A stretch of 63,520 bases of DNA, counting the filler, from Hausera hauseri (lineage: Eukaryota), in the NCBI GenBank assembly GCA_046269625.1. It is 12 parts of 12 records of this genome, joined end to end, with 100 filler letters (N's around TTAATTAATTAA, not from the genome) between each part and the next. Parts side by side here need not be neighbours in the genome. Positions count along the whole stretch, not along the records: positions 58,814 to 63,520 come from JBJURY010467134.1; 11 more parts are not named here. One strand, given 5' to 3'. How positions within the stretch are numbered: position 1 is the stretch's first letter; every line of letters starts with the position of its first letter. Under the pieces are notes generated by a model, which worked only from the letters and a program-made list of their open reading frames with translations, did not search any database and was not told the origin of the DNA. Below are positions 61,083 to 63,520 of this stretch, piece by piece. The position numbers and the translations under genes were made by a program.

Positions 61083-63520
61083 GAATCAAAAAGATAGAAC
61101 GAAGAATCCCACCCATTCCCTATAATGATACAGCAAGTTATTCCCCTCATCAACGACAGCCCCACCCCAATAGATCAGCTCAGAAGAAAACCATGACTGA
61201 CCAAAAAGAAAATTATCAACGAAAACAGGGAGTTATGAATGATAAAAACAACATCCAGACCAGAATCGAAGAAGTACAAAACGAAAGTTATGAAATTAAT
61301 TACATGGAAGATCCCAGCTCATGCATAGTCCATTTCGGAAAAATCAAAGCTCGGTGTCTCATTGATAGAGGTGCGACGATCAGTATTATCAGCGAGAGAG
61401 AGAGTACAAAATGTTAAAGAAACCAGGAAAGTTGATATATCAAGATATAGGTTTGAGATCAGTATCGGGCAGTACTCTAACAGTCCTAGGAAAAACAATA
61501 TTGGAATTTATGATCAGTAACCAACTTATGAAACACGACTTCTTAGTAGCCAAAAACGTATCACGAAGTGCAATCATTGGCAGAGATTTCCTGAAAGCAA
61601 ATAATGCACGCATCTACTTTGATCTCAAGAAAATCAGAATCGACAATGAATATACAGACTTGGAAGACGACATTCATGTTACATCCATTGTGAGAACGAA
61701 ATATAAAGCAACGATGAACCCCAAATCAGTCAACTTAGTCGTAGGAATCATGAAATGAAATGAATATTGGAATGAAGGAGACAACGTCACAATAACACCA
61801 CTGGAAGATACAGACATTATAGAAGAGCCAGGATTACAAACTATCCAGGGCATTGTAGAACTAAACAAAAAGAAAGAGATGCCGATAATGAGTATCAACC
61901 ATACCGGGAAAACAACACTACAAAAAGGATGTATCATTGCTAAAACAGAAACAAAGACCAACCAAACATCTGAAGCAATAGTAGAAAACGAGTCAAATCA
62001 GCAAAACAATACCAGTAAAAGACAAAGTGAAACAGAACATGAAAGCTGCACACAGCAAAAAATACACAGAAACAAAGTATTGCAAGAAATAAGAGAAGGT
62101 ACATGGAAGAGCAAAAGACAAGATAATAGCAGAAATAACCCAAGATGAAGACAGAGTGTTGAAACTAATGGAAACATTGAAAGTGGATTCAGTGCATAAA
62201 GAGAGAATAGAGGAATTTATAAGAAAACACGCTGATGTATTTGCATTATCAAAAACAGCGTTACGTAGAACACAGACAGTCACAATGAAGATAGATACCG
62301 AAGAACAAAAACCTATAAGCATGAAGCCATACAAAACACCACTAGGGAATCGCGAGATAATTGAAAAAGAGGTAGAAGAAATGTTACAATCTGGCATCGT
62401 AGAAAGAACAAGATCGGAATGGTCATTTCTTGTAGTCACTGCATCGAAGAAAGACGGAAGTCACAGATTTTGCATAGATTACAGGTCACTCAACGAAATA
62501 ACGATTAATGTCAGTTACCCCATACCACTGATTGACGACATATTAGGTACACTCGATGGCGCTACATATTTTACAACGTTAGACGCTAGATCCGGATTCT
62601 GGTGCATACCCATGTCCCAAGAAGCCAAAGAGAAGAGCGCATTCTGCACGCATACTGGGCTTTATGCATGGAACGTTATGCCATTTGGTTTGAAAGGTTC
62701 CCCTGCAACATATATGTCACTAATGAACAGAGTACTGGAAGGCATGCAGAGCTTCGCACTAGCATACATTGATGACGTCTTGTTTTTACCAAAGGTGATA
62801 TTGAAGACCATCTAGAGAAAGTCGAAGAAGTGTTTCAGAGGATGAGGAAACATGAAATAAAACTCAAGTTGAGCAAATGTGAATTCTTAAAAACTGAAAT
62901 GAAATATCTAGGATTCATCATTACTCGCAATGACATACGACCAGATAATGAACAAGTATCTGCTATAAAATCCATGGCAAATCCGAAAAACACCAGAGAA
63001 GTAAAAGGATTTCTAGGCACCTGCGGCTACTATAGAAGATTTATACCAAATTTTTCAGCCATAGCCGAACCCCTAGTAACCTTAACGCAAAAATTACTAG
63101 ATTTAAATGGGATAAAAAGTGCCACACAGTGTTCGAATACCTAAAATAAAGAGCTTAACAGCTGTTCCGTTGTTGGCATACCCCAATACCAACAAAGAGT
63201 ACACTTTGTATACGGACGCGTCAGACTATGCCATCGGTGCAGTCCTGACACAAGAAGATGGAAAAGAAGTAATAAAAGGAAAGACAGTAGTGAAAGAGAA
63301 ACCCATATACTTCTTATCGCACCACCTCACAAAGTCTCAGTAGAAATGGGCAGTTGTAGAAAAATAAGCATACACTATTCATTATGCACTACAAAAACTA
63401 CACTTCTATCTATACAATAGCAAGTTTGTAATAAAGACAGACCACATGCCACTCAAAGCACTCATGAAAGCAGATGTCCAGAATAGAAGAATCCAACCCT
63501 GGATACTTAACCTCCAAGGT
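61083..63520 (+). mobile_element. Ty3/Gypsy gag end, protease, RT and RNase H (decayed; continues beyond the window)
   Basis: CLIDRGATISII, IIGRDFL, KKDGSHRFCIDYR, LDARSGFW, MPFGLK, YIDD, LYTDASDYAIGAVLTQ, TDHMPL. Confidence 0.95.

Overview
This is eukaryotic (animal-like, AT-rich) DNA, not one locus. Twelve unrelated contigs are joined by an artificial 100-bp spacer (44N-TTAATTAATTAA-44N), so adjacency across spacers means nothing. Contents: (c1, c2) two divergent, decayed copies of a >1500-codon polyprotein with SAM-like motifs, a ubiquitin-like domain, an AT-hook, an internal signal peptide and a chuvirus-like fusion glycoprotein (PSAP motif in the c1 tail); (c3) a 44-bp satellite; (c4) a decayed Polinton/adintovirus-type protein-primed DNA polymerase; (c5, c11, c12) Ty3/Gypsy gag/pol remnants; (c6) an intact intronless RING gene; (c7, c9) 3' ends of LTR retroelements with unusual cargo; (c8) an ELOVL6-like pseudogene and a non-coding host gene with four intronic box C/D snoRNAs; (c10) tRNA-Ala(AGC) beside a ~67-bp satellite; (c12) teleost-like repeats next to an invertebrate-type SINE. 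The most striking signal is an apparently catalytically dead DEDDh (REX4/ISG20/DnaQ-like) exonuclease domain found three times (33.4, 36.4 and 45.2 kb), twice as clear retroelement cargo. It is paired once with a RING finger and once with an unusual furin-site/FN3-like env. All family assignments come from by-eye motif recognition and manual translation; no searches were run.
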